Assembly (NCBI GenBank): GCA_036785375.1
Contig: JAWMAR010000131.1
Coordinates: forward strand, 372,001-436,000
Direction: 5' to 3'
Source of the DNA: Leucoraja ocellata
Taxonomy: Eukaryota
DNA length: 64,000 nt
This document shows positions 1-11,879 of the stretch, one piece after another. How positions within the stretch are numbered: position 1 is the stretch's first letter; the number at the start of each line of letters is the position of its first letter. Below the pieces are notes generated by a model, which worked only from the letters and a program-made list of their open reading frames with translations, made no database searches and had not been told where the DNA came from. Both the position numbers and the translations under genes were made by a program.

Positions 1-603
1 TGTTTAAAGCCCTGGAGTCCCTTTCTTCGATTTTACCAAGTTTCAGCTTCATTGTCTGGGTCACATGACCTCTTCACCAGGCCTGTCCAAAGTTATAAAA
101 GCTGAGTGACAGGGAATGGAGATTCAGTGACAGACCAAATATATGAAAGAAATCAGACTGCCAGTTGCCCATTAGAGTGGCTGCTGTACACGGCGGCCTC
201 ATCATGTTTGCTTTCAAACTACACTGAGCACCTAAATCAGCAGAGTGAATGCAGATGGAAGTGGACAGTCGAGCTGCAAATGGCTGCAACAATGTCATCA
301 AACTTTTTCATTCAACTGCAGGAAAGCTTATTATCACCATTGTGTTGCGTGTTTAACTGTTTCAGTGAAGCAATCCAGTGTTTGAGCTACGAGACAAGAT
401 GATTCCTGAATTGTAACACTGATGGGAGGGTTTTACTACTAAAAAACAAAACTTTGGTGGGAATAAAAGTACAAATTGCAAGCGGATCTGGCGGGAACTT
501 CAGAACAATAATAAAACCTGGACATGTGAAGACCTTTTTGTAATATTGCAAAACATCCCAAGGTTCTTCACAGGAGTGTAGTTAAATACGATTTGCCACT
601 AAG

Positions 604-680
604 TAATAATAATAATAATAATAATAATAATACATTTTATTTATGGGTGCCTTTCAAGACTCTCAAGGACACCTTACAAA
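604..680 (-). mobile_element. 3' tail of an L2-like LINE ending in a (TAA)n microsatellite
   Basis: Minus strand reads tgtaaggtgtccttgagagtcttgaaaggcacccataaataaaatgtattattatta, a stem-loop plus AATAAA plus (ATT)n tail typical of fish LINE 3' ends. Confidence 0.55.
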
Positions 681-1452
681 ATTTAATAAACAGAATAACA
701 AAACATGTAAGCGGAATGAAACAAAACAAAAAAAAAAAAAAAGTAACATAAGGATATTCGGGCAGATAACTAAAAACCTGGTTATAGAGAAATCTTCTAA
801 GGAACATTTTTATAAAAGAAAAGTGATGTAGACAGGATAGAAATTCAACAAAGCAGTGAAGTTTACAGAAGGAATTGCCAAAGCTTAGGGTCTTGGTCAG
901 TGAAATCATTGCACATTGAATTCTGGGATGATTAACAAACCAGATTACCCAAGTACATATATCAGGAAGGTGACAATGCTGGAAGAGTTTACTAAGGTAG
1001 AATGAGGAAAAGAGTTAAAAGCAAATGTGAATAACTAAAGTTAGGTAGCAACCACCTGGATCCATTGTGGATCGGTGTGTGCATATCAGTTGCGGATAAA
1101 TGGGATTAGAGAAATGGGAAACTTGCATTGGTAAACATTTACCGATACATGAAGAGTGAAGACAGACTGAGCAATATGGAAAAGTTAAGTCTAGACATTG
1201 TAAAGGCTTCTCCAAACTGGAGCGCAATTTGGTTCAAATTTGTTTTTTTAGGATATTCCTGAGGGCATTGGAGTTAGGGTTATGGTTGTGATAAAAGGAA
1301 AGGGGCAAAAAATAGTTTTTTTATAACTATTGGAGGTAATCGTACGTGAGCGTGAAGAGAAACCACAGTTTTTAAAGCTTTTTGTTTCCCATTTGCAAGC
1401 ATTGGCAAAATTGATGGTGCAATTTAGGTGAACTGTTGAGAATTACACTGAA

Positions 1453-1557
1453 GGACACAAAGTACTGGAGTAACTCAGCAGGTCAGGCAGCATATCTGGG
1501 GAACATGGATGGGTGACGTTTTGGATTAGGACCCAGATTTAGGCCGATTGTGTTGAT
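1453..1557 (-). mobile_element. Penelope-derived terminal-repeat fragment
   Basis: ggacacaaagtactggagtaactcagcaggtcaggcagcat..gtgacgtttt matches the repeat flanking the PLE at 20262-21534; ttacactgaa occurs on both sides (1443-1452, 1558-1567). Confidence 0.7.
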
Positions 1558-1924
1558 TTACACTGAAATGGTTTGTGGGCCTAAGCAGTACAGTTGCTCC
1601 GTGCTGCATTGGATGTACCTAAGAAAGGATTGGAGAGTTTAGGGTCTCCCGTGCAAAAATATATATTCAGTTAACCATCTGGTTTATTGCTGTGACCACA
1701 CTGACGGCATCAGTTTCTTCTCAACACCCCAGCAAAGGTGAATATGAGGTATTTCTCTTCACAAAGGAGCAGGTTTGTTCCCTGTATTGTGCTAGTGTCC
1801 TCTCGTGGCCCATGTTACTTTTTCAGTGCATATCCATGGTTTATTGTCGCAGAAGCAATGCATGAAGATTGCCATTTCACATGTGATCAGAAGTTTCAAT
1901 GTGTTCAGTAAGATCTTGATAGTA

Positions 1925-2736
1925 CAGGTGCACAACCTTTTATCCGAAAGCCTTGGGACCAGACACTTCTCGGATTTCGGAATTTTTCGGATTTCCGAAA
2001 TGGACGATTTTTAGCGTAGATTAGGTAGGTAGCGCGGGCGGCTTGAAAAGTCTGGAGCGGCTGCCTCCTCCCCGGAGACCGGGGAATCGCCCGCAGCCCC
2101 AGCTCCGCGATGTTGGGAGTCGGCGGCGTCGCAGCGCTGGGATACCAGCAGGGAGCGGGCAATGCCTTACCGGGTCGCCGTGCGGTAAGCTCCAGAGCGC
2201 TGTGGCCGCCGACACACAACATCGCGGAGCTGGGGATGCGAGCGTCCGGCCGCGGGCTGCAGGCCGCGCTGGATTCGGAGCGCCGCGCAGCCAGGGGTAG
2301 AGTTGCCGGGGTCGGAGCTACAACCGGCGCCGTCCGCGGCCAGACGCCCGCAGCCCCAGCTCCGCGATGTTGGGAGTCGGTGGCCACAGCGCTCTGGAGC
2401 TTACTGCACGGCGACCCGATAAGGCATTGCCCGCTCCCCGCCTCTCCGACCAGGTAGGGGACTAAGAATTAAAGTTCCCCTCCCCCCTTCACATAAAAGC
2501 CCTCCAAACTAACTGACTAACATTTAAGCAATGATTTACAGATGTTTAAGTGTCTCCCCGGTCTCCGGGGAGGAGGCAGCCGCTACAGTAGTACAGACCT
2601 GGGTTGACCGTGGGTCGTTTCGGGTCAAGTTTGGCGCCAAACACGAGTTTTGGTGTGCAGACGACATCCTGGAAAAAATGTCTGGTTTTCGGAGCTTTCC
2701 GGTTTCCGGAACTCCGGATAAAAGGTTGTGCACCTG
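1925..2736. mobile_element. Non-autonomous Tc1/mariner-pogo type DNA transposon (MITE), CpG-rich
   Basis: Perfect 22-bp TIRs CAGGTGCACAACCTTTTATCCG (1925-1946) and CGGATAAAAGGTTGTGCACCTG (2715-2736), TA on both flanks, no transposase frame. Confidence 0.9.
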
Positions 2737-3468
2737 TATACCATGATTGATTTTGCAACTCAATTTAATCCCGTAATGAAGAAACAAAAACAAGCTATGC
2801 ATTTGAATTCCTAGGTGAGAATTTTACCTTTGATTGCGACAAACAAGTCTAAATCATAGTTCAATTGCTTGTAAAATATTCTAAATAAACTAACAACTTT
2901 AAAATAAAAATTAAACTTGAAAATTGCATTCCAAGTGCGATTCATGTTTGCACTGGAGAGCTTTTCATTGAGAGTCTTTTCCATTAGATGTTTGAAATTG
3001 CGCTTTGAGCAAGGCATTTGAAGAGCAAGGTTGCAAGGATGTCGCTTGCGTTTGATAATGTCTTGTGCTTGAATCCATTGATCTAACTGTGACGATTTAA
3101 AATTCTAATGTACTTATAATTGTCCTTAAATCTCTTTACTTGTCATAATCAATACAATTTTTAATCTGGGAGTTCTTCTATAAATACAATTGCAGTAAAC
3201 TACTGCAATTGAGCAAAAATCAAATAACTGATAACACTGAAAGGCGCCAAGCAGCAGATATACTCGAGTTTGGCAAGCTGCCAGGTTGAAACCCAATCAT
3301 TTCTTTCAGAGCTGGTCTAGTAATTCCCAAAATACCTGCCCTCGCAGTTGACAAAGGCTCCTGTGCTCTACCAGTAATAATATTATAGTTGTATCCTGTA
3401 TTTAGTTGGTTTATATTATCTATACAAAGTAAAGAAGAATTTCACATCCACTATATTTGAATTATTCT

Positions 3469-3522
3469 AGCTTTTTGTGTCTATCTTCGGTTTAAACCAG
3501 TATCTGCCGTTCCTTCCTACAC
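3469..3522 (+). mobile_element. Short 3' end of the Penelope-derived repeat
   Basis: agctttttgtgtctatcttcggtttaaaccagtatctgccgttccttcctacac resembles the tail at 14885-14940. Confidence 0.6.
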
Positions 3523-4973
3523 TGTTGATTGTTTGGCTGATTTCATTAATTTGGAATCAAGGTTTTTTTTAATTGCTTACCTCATTGCAAAGTGAGAATC
3601 AGCATGAGCTTTGTGCTCCAGAGTTTTCTTTATTAACCTTGTTGTAAAAATAAGTTATGAAGGAATTACCATTGGTTTGAGCTGAACACCATTTTGAAAT
3701 TGCAACAGTCACATCTTTGGGTATTGCTCGACTGAAAATACAGCCTCTTAGTACTTTAATGTGACATCCAAATCCTTATTTTTCTCCAGTATTGGCTCCC
3801 TTTTATCATATTACTTTATATGGTGTTTCACATTGATTCATATTTCCTCATGCCAAACGTGCTCAATGATTAACATCCATGTTTCAATATTTTTACAATT
3901 TGTGTGTTGAGCACATAATTAATCAACTGTTAATTTATCCTTTCCTTATGTCCGATTCTCATTCTATAGTTACCCTGGTCAATAGTTACTGGTTCGGACA
4001 TCCAATCCTCATCCCTTGTATACTTGTGCACCCAGTCAATACAGCAACTAATGCAACTAATTGACTAACTGCTAGCCTCATTTTGGGCCACCTCATTGTG
4101 ACTAACTGTCTAGTCTGGCGTGTAACTCTACACTTGTTGCTGTCTCCTACCATTAACAACCTCTTAACTCTTTGATTGTTTACTCAATATATTTGTATCG
4201 GATGCACAATGCGACTTTGTCTCATGTTCCTATGATGGTGCATCAGCACCAGAGTCTGAACAACAATATGTGATGAGTGTTTAATTGAGGTGATGCAGAA
4301 TTAATGAAAAGGGGCATTTTGTTTGATCCACAGTTTTAAGACAGTTTGGTGATGCAGTTTTCTCCCTTGTCTTTGATTTGGCCCAACTTTAGTTTGTCCT
4401 TTCTGCAACACACATAAACACAGTGGCCAAAGTAGCATTGTGCCTCCGTGCATAGACCCACAGATCCAAGAAGTCATTTTTGGAAGGCATCAATCCATAT
4501 TTGATGTTACTGATATCTCTTCATCATTAATCAGATGCTGTAGGCACTCGCCATGCTTGTTGTTTATTAACCCTATTCCAGAATCTTCAATCACACAAAT
4601 CATTACCTCCTAGCACTGTCTCTGAGGATGGCTTCTACGCTAACTGTAAGTTCCCATTAAAAAACTCCCATTAGCAAGAATGACACCAATACCACTGGAA
4701 TGATGTCCTGATCATCATCCTATCCAATCAGAATGACATTCCCATTTAGCAAGGTCTATCTCAACTAATGTTCTCATTCCAAATGAACCATTAATGTAAT
4801 TACAGTTTATGGATATGGGAAACGCTAGTCTTATTGTCCATTATCTTGGCTTTTTAGTTAATAACCAATACAAACTCTGAATATACACTGGATTTGATGA
4901 CTCTTGAAGGATTATGGTTTCCATTAGCTTAATCTTTCATTCATTGCATCCTTCCAATCTCCGCCACCAACAT

Positions 4974-5075
4974 AGATAGACATTCTGAAGAAGGGTCCTG
5001 ACCCGAAACGTCACCCATTCCTTCTATCCAGAGATGCTGCCTGCCCCGCTGAGTTACTCCAGCATTTTGTGTCTA
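4974..5075 (+). mobile_element. Penelope-derived mini-element with 14-bp TSD
   Basis: Flanked by tccgccaccaacat (4960-4973) and tccgctaccaacat (5076-5089); contains the full hammerhead core and the pLTR tail. Confidence 0.8.
4985..5013 (+). ncRNA. Minimal type I hammerhead ribozyme motif (short stem III)
   Basis: CTGAAGA-A-GGGTC ct GACCC-GAAA-CG-TC-A: CUGANGA box, stem II, GAAA box and GUC cleavage triplet; stem I is weak in this copy. Confidence 0.65.
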
Positions 5076-5456
5076 TCCGCTACCAACATGCCAGTTGACT
5101 TGTCACCTTGTCATGTTCTAATGACGCCACAGGTTGTCACCCCCTGGTTGATCATTTTTTGCCAACAATTCAATACCTCTTATAGTGTATTTCTACATGT
5201 TATCTAAATAAATAGTTTCCTTCTGACATCTTGCCATTCTGTTCCTACCCATTTCTGCCAAATCTTATGCTCTTTATTACTTAGCTTCTCTGACACCTTT
5301 CTCTGCTCTTGTTTTGTTTCTAATTTTACAACAGCAATTCCTTTTACTAATTTAACATGAATTAATTGTAAATAGCTCCCTTGGCATTATTGTGTTGACC
5401 TATCCAAGCTCATTTTTATGGCCCCCTTGCAGAAAATCTGTTCAAGCCCATGTAAA

Positions 5457-5632
5457 GGGCAGTATGGCGGCGGAGCAGTAGAGCTGCTGCCTTGCAGCGC
5501 GTACCGTGCTAGAGATCTGGTTTTGATCCCGACTATGGGTAAAGTCTGTACGGAATTTGTACATTCTCCACGTGACCGCGTAGGTTTTCGTCGATTTCCT
5601 CCCACACTCCAAAGATGTACAGGTTTGTTGGT
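5457..5632 (+). mobile_element. HE1-like tRNA-derived SINE, 3' truncated
   Basis: tRNA-like head plus V-domain-like core gtacattctccacgtgacc..cctcccacactccaaagatgtacagg shared with ~15 copies in the window. Confidence 0.8.
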
Positions 5633-6125
5633 TTAGTATTTAGGATTGTCAAGTATATGGAGATGTAGTGAAAAGCTTTGATTTACATACTTTCCAATCA
5701 GATCAGATAATACTATACATACATACAAGCAACTCAAACTCAAGTCCAGCTGGGGAAGATACAGGGTGCAGAATATAGTTCTCTCCAATGAAACGCATTA
5801 GTACCCTAGACAAAGTCCAATGTCCTCAATGATGTCGAGGTGAATTGGGCAGTGCCCTAGCTTAAGGAAGATTATTCAGCATCCTGATAACAGAGGGGAC
5901 AAAGCTGTTTCTCAGTCTGGTGTTTATCAGGCTGTTTCTCAGTCTTTCAAGCTTCTGTACCTTTTGCCGAACAGAAACCGGGAGAAGAAAAAAGGGACAA
6001 GTGTAGGTGGAGTCAATGGTGGGAAGTTTGGTCCATGCGATGGACACTGGGCTACATTTCCTACTCTTTGCAATTTCTTGTGGTCTTGGGCAGAACAGTT
6101 CTCAAACCAAGTTGAGAAGCAACAT
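5633..6125 (-). mobile_element. Rex1/Babar-like LINE 3' fragment
   Basis: ORF 5862-6047 ends TRLRNSFVPSVIRMLN, matching the Rex1-type C-terminal motif RxxNSFFPxxIRLLN, followed by 3' UTR. Confidence 0.7.
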
Positions 6126-6200
6126 TTTGTAGAAATAAAGAAGATGAAAAGTAACTCCTAAATGTAACTAGTGCCCGGAATCTTAGTTCCCTTTCTTTTG

Positions 6201-6510
6201 TTTAGTTTATTTTAGTCTAGAGATACAACGCAGAAACAGGCCTCTCAGCCCACCAAGCCCGCGCCGCCCAGCGATCCCTGTACACTAGTACTATCCTACA
6301 CACTAGGGACAATTTGCAGTTCTTACAGGAGCCAATTAACCAATAAACCTCGTACTTCTTTGGAATGTGGGAGGAAACCAGAGCTCCTGGAGAAAACTCA
6401 CACAGTCACAGGGAGTAAATACAAACCCCGTACAGACAGCATCCATAGTCAGGATCAAACCCGGGTCTCCGGTGCTGTAAGGCAGCAACTCTACCACTGT
6501 GCCGCAGTGT
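6201..6510 (-). mobile_element. HE1-like SINE, near full length
   Basis: Reverse complement of the SINE consensus including the (TTTAG)n tail. Confidence 0.85.
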
Positions 6511-7237
6511 GTAATGTTCCATATGGCAGACCTATCTGTTTATGAAGGCTTCAAGTGCTCTATTCAATTTTAACAAGACAAATTGAGAAATGCTTCAAGT
6601 AATGCATTTAATGCTTTTAAACTCAAAATGTCTATTACGACACTTACAAAAAAAACATAAGATATGTGTATTTTAAATTAAATTGCATATTTAGCTACAA
6701 AGATGAACGATGTAATAGTCTATGGGTTGTAATGCTTGGATTTGTTCCAGCTTTCTATGTGTTTGCACTTTGCACGATGAGCCCAACATGGACATTCTAC
6801 CTCATCTGTGACCATCTTGTGAGGTCTTTCAGAGGCTTTTTGTCACATAATCCAGCGCTTGCAAGGTTACCAGTAATGTATGGTAATAAAATGCAGAGCC
6901 CAGAAACTACTGTTCATGTTATTGGTAGACAGTTATTTAATATGCATATATTTCATTTTGTACACCTTTTAACACAGGTATTAAGTATTTAATAGAAGCA
7001 AGTTAACATCAGTAGTTAAAAGATGGGAAAGAGGGATAAGAGGTCACAGATTGTAATGTTCAGTGTGAACTGATGTGTAAAACTGTATTGGAATACTAAC
7101 TTCTCTGGAAAAGGATTTGGTCGTGGATCCAGACTTCTGGCCAACCTTATTTTTAAGCCAGTCGGATGTAGCAGCTCAGACTGATCAATCACAAGCACAT
7201 TGACATTGTTATTGTCGACATAACCAAAATACTTGTG

Positions 7238-7540
7238 TGACACGGTGGTGCAGTGGTTGAGATGCTGCCATGAAGCACTTACATCGCCAGAGACCCGGGT
7301 TCGATCCTGACTACGGGTGCTGTCTGTTTGGAGTTTGTACGTTCTCCCTGTGACCACATGGGTTTATTCCAGGGTCTTCGGTTTCACCCCACACTCCAAA
7401 GACGTACAGGTTTGTAGGTTAATTGGCTTGGTATAAATGTTAATTATCCCTGGTGTGTAAGGGGTGGTGCTAATGTACGGGATCGCTGGTCGGTCCGGAC
7501 TCAATGGGCCGAAGAGCCTGTTTGTGCGCTGTATCTCTCA
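7238..7540 (+). mobile_element. HE1-like SINE, near full length
   Basis: A box ggtggtgcagtgg, B box gggttcgatcc, conserved core and gggccgaagagcctgttt tail. Confidence 0.85.
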
Positions 7541-8225
7541 GCTCTTTTACTCTGCCTCAAAAAATAGCATTAGTAAGTTGTTTTGGCGAGCAGATCAGGC
7601 TGTTAAAACTAATGCGATCGTCAGTTTAGAGGCATGTAATTATAAATTGCTATCACATTCATAGAACAAGAATGATACATCAGAGGTGATCGATGCCCTT
7701 CAAAAGTAGGGACAATCTCGCCACAAAGATAATAAAAGTTTCCAAAACGCATAAACATGCCCTGGATTTTATAATGCTAAAACTATGTTCTGAAAGAAGT
7801 AAAATACATAAATTCAAGAGAGCACACTTGCATGCCAGATCTGCAATGATTATATGACTTGCTAAAACAATGTGCCTTAATGCAGGTTATACCTCTTAAT
7901 GCATTCACAAGGTTATCTGTTTACAACAAGTATGTACATTGTAGCCTCTGTCAATTGAATCCTATGTTAAACGATGTGTTTGTCTGTTAGTTTCTTCCAA
8001 TGATCGCTTGTCAGTCTGTGGCTGTCCTTCTTGCACTTAAAAATGCCTCGTCCATTGTAGAACTTCTCCCATTTTCATTTCCATTGAAAGCAGACAGATT
8101 CAATACTGAGCTGCCAATGGGCAAAGCAAGTTAAATGTCTCAGCGGTTCATTCGGTGGAGCATCTCTTTAGTTTGTCAAGGAAAATAGACTTTTCCTTCT
8201 CATACGGACTGTTCTGGGTGACTTA

Positions 8226-8780
8226 AGGGGCTGTCCCACGGGCGACCTAATTGGTGAGTTTAGAAGAGTTTAAAAAACTAACATGTTGAAGACCTTCTTC
8301 GACTATGTAGAAGACCTCCTTCGACCTCCTTCGACTATGTTGAAGCACAGCTTCGACTAGCTACGACTAGCTACGACTAACTTCAGGAAAATTGGACACC
8401 GAATAGTGGAGAGTGAAGACGACCTCCTTCTATCTCCTTTGACCTCCCTTCGACTATGATGAAGACTATCTACAACTATCTTCGACTATCCTCGATTACC
8501 TACGACTAACATGCTGACCTACTACGACCTACTAAACCTACGAGTAAAAAAAGTATCGATTTTTTTCCATGACAAGCTTTTTTTACTTGCGGGCATTTTT
8601 TAACATATTGAAAAAAACGCCGCAACCTAGCTGAGGTCTTGAGTACGCGGAGACCATTCTCGAGAATGAAGGAGAGTTACGAAGACTTCCTATGACCTCG
8701 TGTCGACCATGCTGCAAGTATGAGTCGAGGGCAAACTCGCCAGAACTCGCGGATTAGGTCGCCCAAGTGGGACAGGCCCT
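8226..8780. mobile_element. PIF/Harbinger-type MITE
   Basis: TIRs AGGGGCTGTCCCAC-GGGCGACCTAAT and ATTAGGTCGCCCAAGTGGGACAGGCCCT, TTA duplicated at 8223-8225 and 8781-8783; interior of degenerate CTTCGAC/CTACGAC repeats. Confidence 0.85.
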
Positions 8781-8796
8781 TTACATTTTTTTCGTG

Positions 8797-9581
8797 GCGA
8801 CTCGAGGAACTGCAGATGCTGCTTTATAAAAAAGACACCAAAGACACGGGCAGCGTATCTGGAGAACGCTGGAGACATTTTAGATCGGGACTCTCCTTCA
8901 GTCTAATTGTAGTGGGGATGATACATGTGGAGGGGTAGAGAGAGGTTTGATTGGCGGATGGATGGACAAAGGCCAAAGATGAAAAGACAAAAATTGTGAG
9001 ATAAGGAGATAAGAATATAAGATGTGCTAATTGTGAAGCCAGTGGAAAGAATATAGGTGGATGGGGCTGGGGGGAGTTGGAAGGGTGGCAATGGGTGCAA
9101 ATCAAGGTGGGGCACAGGGAAGCGGGTGGGGGACAGCACCTCATATTTCACTTGGATAGTTTACAGCCCAAAGGTATGTACATTAAATTCTCTAATTTGA
9201 CTAACTAATCTCTATAAATGAACCTCTTTCTCCCCCCCTGCCCTCCCCCCCCCCCCTCCTCCTCCCTGTGCCCCATTGGGATTTGCACCCATTTCTTCCC
9301 CCCCCCCCCCCTGCCCCCCATCACCTTCCACCTATATTTCTTCATCTGGCATCACAACATGTACCTCGTATATCCTTATCTCCTTATCACACACATTTGT
9401 TCTCATGCCTGGCTTTTGTCAATCAACCTCCTCCCACCTCACCTGTATCCACCTATCACTTGTCAGGTTTTGTCCTGCCCCCACCTTTCTTTCAGCTCTA
9501 CCCCTCACTGCAATCAGTCTGAAGAAAGGCCCCAACCCAAAATGTCCGGCCTGAACCATTGAGTTACTCCCACTCTTTGTG
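8797..9581. mobile_element. Penelope-like element 3' end with inverted terminal copy
   Basis: 8797-9134 is the pLTR on the minus strand; 9135-9581 is the plus-strand ORF end (QHLIFHLDSLQPKGMYIKFSN) plus pLTR; imperfect flanking duplication tacatttttttcgtg / tacaatttttcatg. Confidence 0.75.
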
Positions 9582-11629
9582 TACAATTTTTCATGCTTTT
9601 CTATTCATTTACTTGGATTCAGTTTTTTTAATCTAACAAACCTGTGTATTTGCAGTCATTACTCTAACAATGGGATAACGTTATTGTATTTATAAAGTGA
9701 AAAATATAATGAAAACATGACAAAATTACTAATTAATGTAGATACCTTGAATTTTCTGTCTTAAAACTTATAGTTGTAGATAAATACCCTAACAAAGTCA
9801 TAGAACCTTATTGCATAAAAGGAAGTAATTTGGCATATTGTGTTTACAGCCTTTCCCTCAAAGAGCTATTCACTTAGTTCCATTCCTTTAAACTCTCTTA
9901 TATTGTTTATATTTCAAGTATTTATCCATTTTCTTTATAAACAAGATAATGATATTTTGTTTCCACCGCAGTATTTCATACAATGTTCTTTCTCTGGTCC
10001 ATTAACTGTCCAGAGAAAATGTAGCCAACCTCTCCTGTTCTCCTGTTGTGATGTTGAAATAAGTTAAACATTTCTCCTCAATTTCACCCAACTTTCGATG
10101 ATGGGGTATTAAAGCCAGAATCTACAGCTTACAATTGTTTTTATTTTTTAACCCACATGAAAAAAAATCTTGATATTTAATATGTAATATAATTAGCATG
10201 TAAAATAGGAAAATATGGGTATGAAATGGGGTTGTGTAAAATCTGATAACATATTAAAATTGTATTGTGAAATATTGATATTCCAGCTCTTTACCTGTGT
10301 GGAATATTGAAAGAATACAGTCACTTGCATCAATATAATTGGGTGGAACCAAAGTTACATTCCATACCAATGTAGCACTGATTGCTATTGGAATTACTCC
10401 ATAAAATCATTCAACATATTTTCTTGACATATATTGGACAGCTGATTTGATTTACTTTGAAAGCTAGTTCACTTTGATAATTATCTAATGCAATTTCTCA
10501 TTGTTGTATTAAATAATTGAAGAAGGATTTTGATATGGTGTTACGAAGCTCCATTAAAATAACTAAAAATTCTCTTTCTACTTGCTAACAAAGCATTTTT
10601 ATATCAAGAATATATATGTACAAACCTACACATACTTATTCAATGAGAATTATTTTCCAGCAGAAACAATGGTGGGGTTATTGGTGTTACAATGTTGAAG
10701 CATATATTAAACGGTGAGTTATATCAACTGCATTAGCACAATAAAAATTCCAGATGAGGAGGGTACTACTGAAGTTCCTGCTCCTTGAGTGCAGAATTCA
10801 ACCAACATGGTATCTCGAAGAAAGGATTAGCGTTCAAATATACAGAATGACACAAGGTTTGCTACAGTCTTGTTATGAAGAGCCATGAAACTCATTTGAA
10901 AAGATAACGACTTGTCAACTCCAGTATAGGTAATTTTCTCACAGTGCAATGTCTACATTTTTGAAAACTTAAGCTGCAGATCATTGCAATTGAATGTTTG
11001 CAAGACTAAAATCTAACTCCTCTGAATGTTATTTACTGTTAGAACGAACAAATATCGGAAATTACATGAATGTAAATTGAAATACTCAATTTAATCTTCT
11101 CCTTCTCTCTATGTTGCTTTCTATAGTTAATTTCATATTGAATTAAACTTTCTAACTTACACTTCCTGATTAAAATTTTGAGTTCATTGACAATTATTTA
11201 ATCCAATTACTTAATGAATATCTGATCATTTTTCCTGTCTGTAGTGGACCAACCTTTCTTGAAAAGGGATAATGGAACTTGTAGTTGTTGAAAAGTGAAA
11301 ATCTGCAGGTGCTGGTAATCTGAAATAAGATCAGAGAATACTGAAAATACTCAGCAAGTCAAGCAGTAGCCACTGGAAGACAACTAATGAAGGGTCATGT
11401 AGCAGAAAAATTAACTAGCAGATTGTTGTAATTTTTGCAATGTCCTTTTGATATTTCCTCCAACATGTACCTCGGTCTTCAGCCACCATGATTTGTGCCA
11501 TGTGATAGCAAGAAATTACTGGAAATGACTGAGGGTACTGGATACTATAACTGATGCCGGACCAGACAATATCCCCACTGCCGTATCATAGCAGTATAAT
11601 TACGCTGGAAGTGTCATCAAGGAACAGTT

Positions 11630-11826
11630 GCCTCAGAGAGTGGTGGAGGCAGGTTCTCTGGATGCTTTCAAGAGAGAGCAAGATAGGGCTCTTAAAAGTA
11701 GCGGAGTCAGGGGATATGGGGAGAAGGCAGGTACGGGGTACTGAGTGGGGATGATCACCCATGATCACATTGAATGGCGGTGCTGGCTCGAAGGGCCAAA
11801 TGGCCTACTCCTGCACCTATTGTCAC
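11630..11826 (+). mobile_element. CR1 (HER1-like) LINE 3' end
   Basis: LPQRVVEAGSLDAFKRE..GVRGYGEKAG plus tail ggctcgaagggccaaatggcctactcctgc. Confidence 0.85.
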
Positions 11827-11879
11827 TTATGCTGAACCATCTAAATACTGACAATACTGACATCTACAGAAAAATGTGG

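Noticed and set aside
1905-2802. Several overlapping GC-rich ORFs resembling a gene or CpG-island promoter
   Set aside because: They fall inside or across a TIR-bounded MITE, and the peptides are low-complexity products of internal palindromes.
7238-7320. tRNA-like A and B boxes (also at 42191, 49220, 57666)
   Set aside because: They are SINE heads continuing into the SINE core and tail; no complete cloverleaf tRNA.
8290-8545. Short repeated units that might suggest a CRISPR-like or coding array
   Set aside because: Degenerate ~7-bp units with no unique spacers, inside a Harbinger-type MITE in a vertebrate genome.
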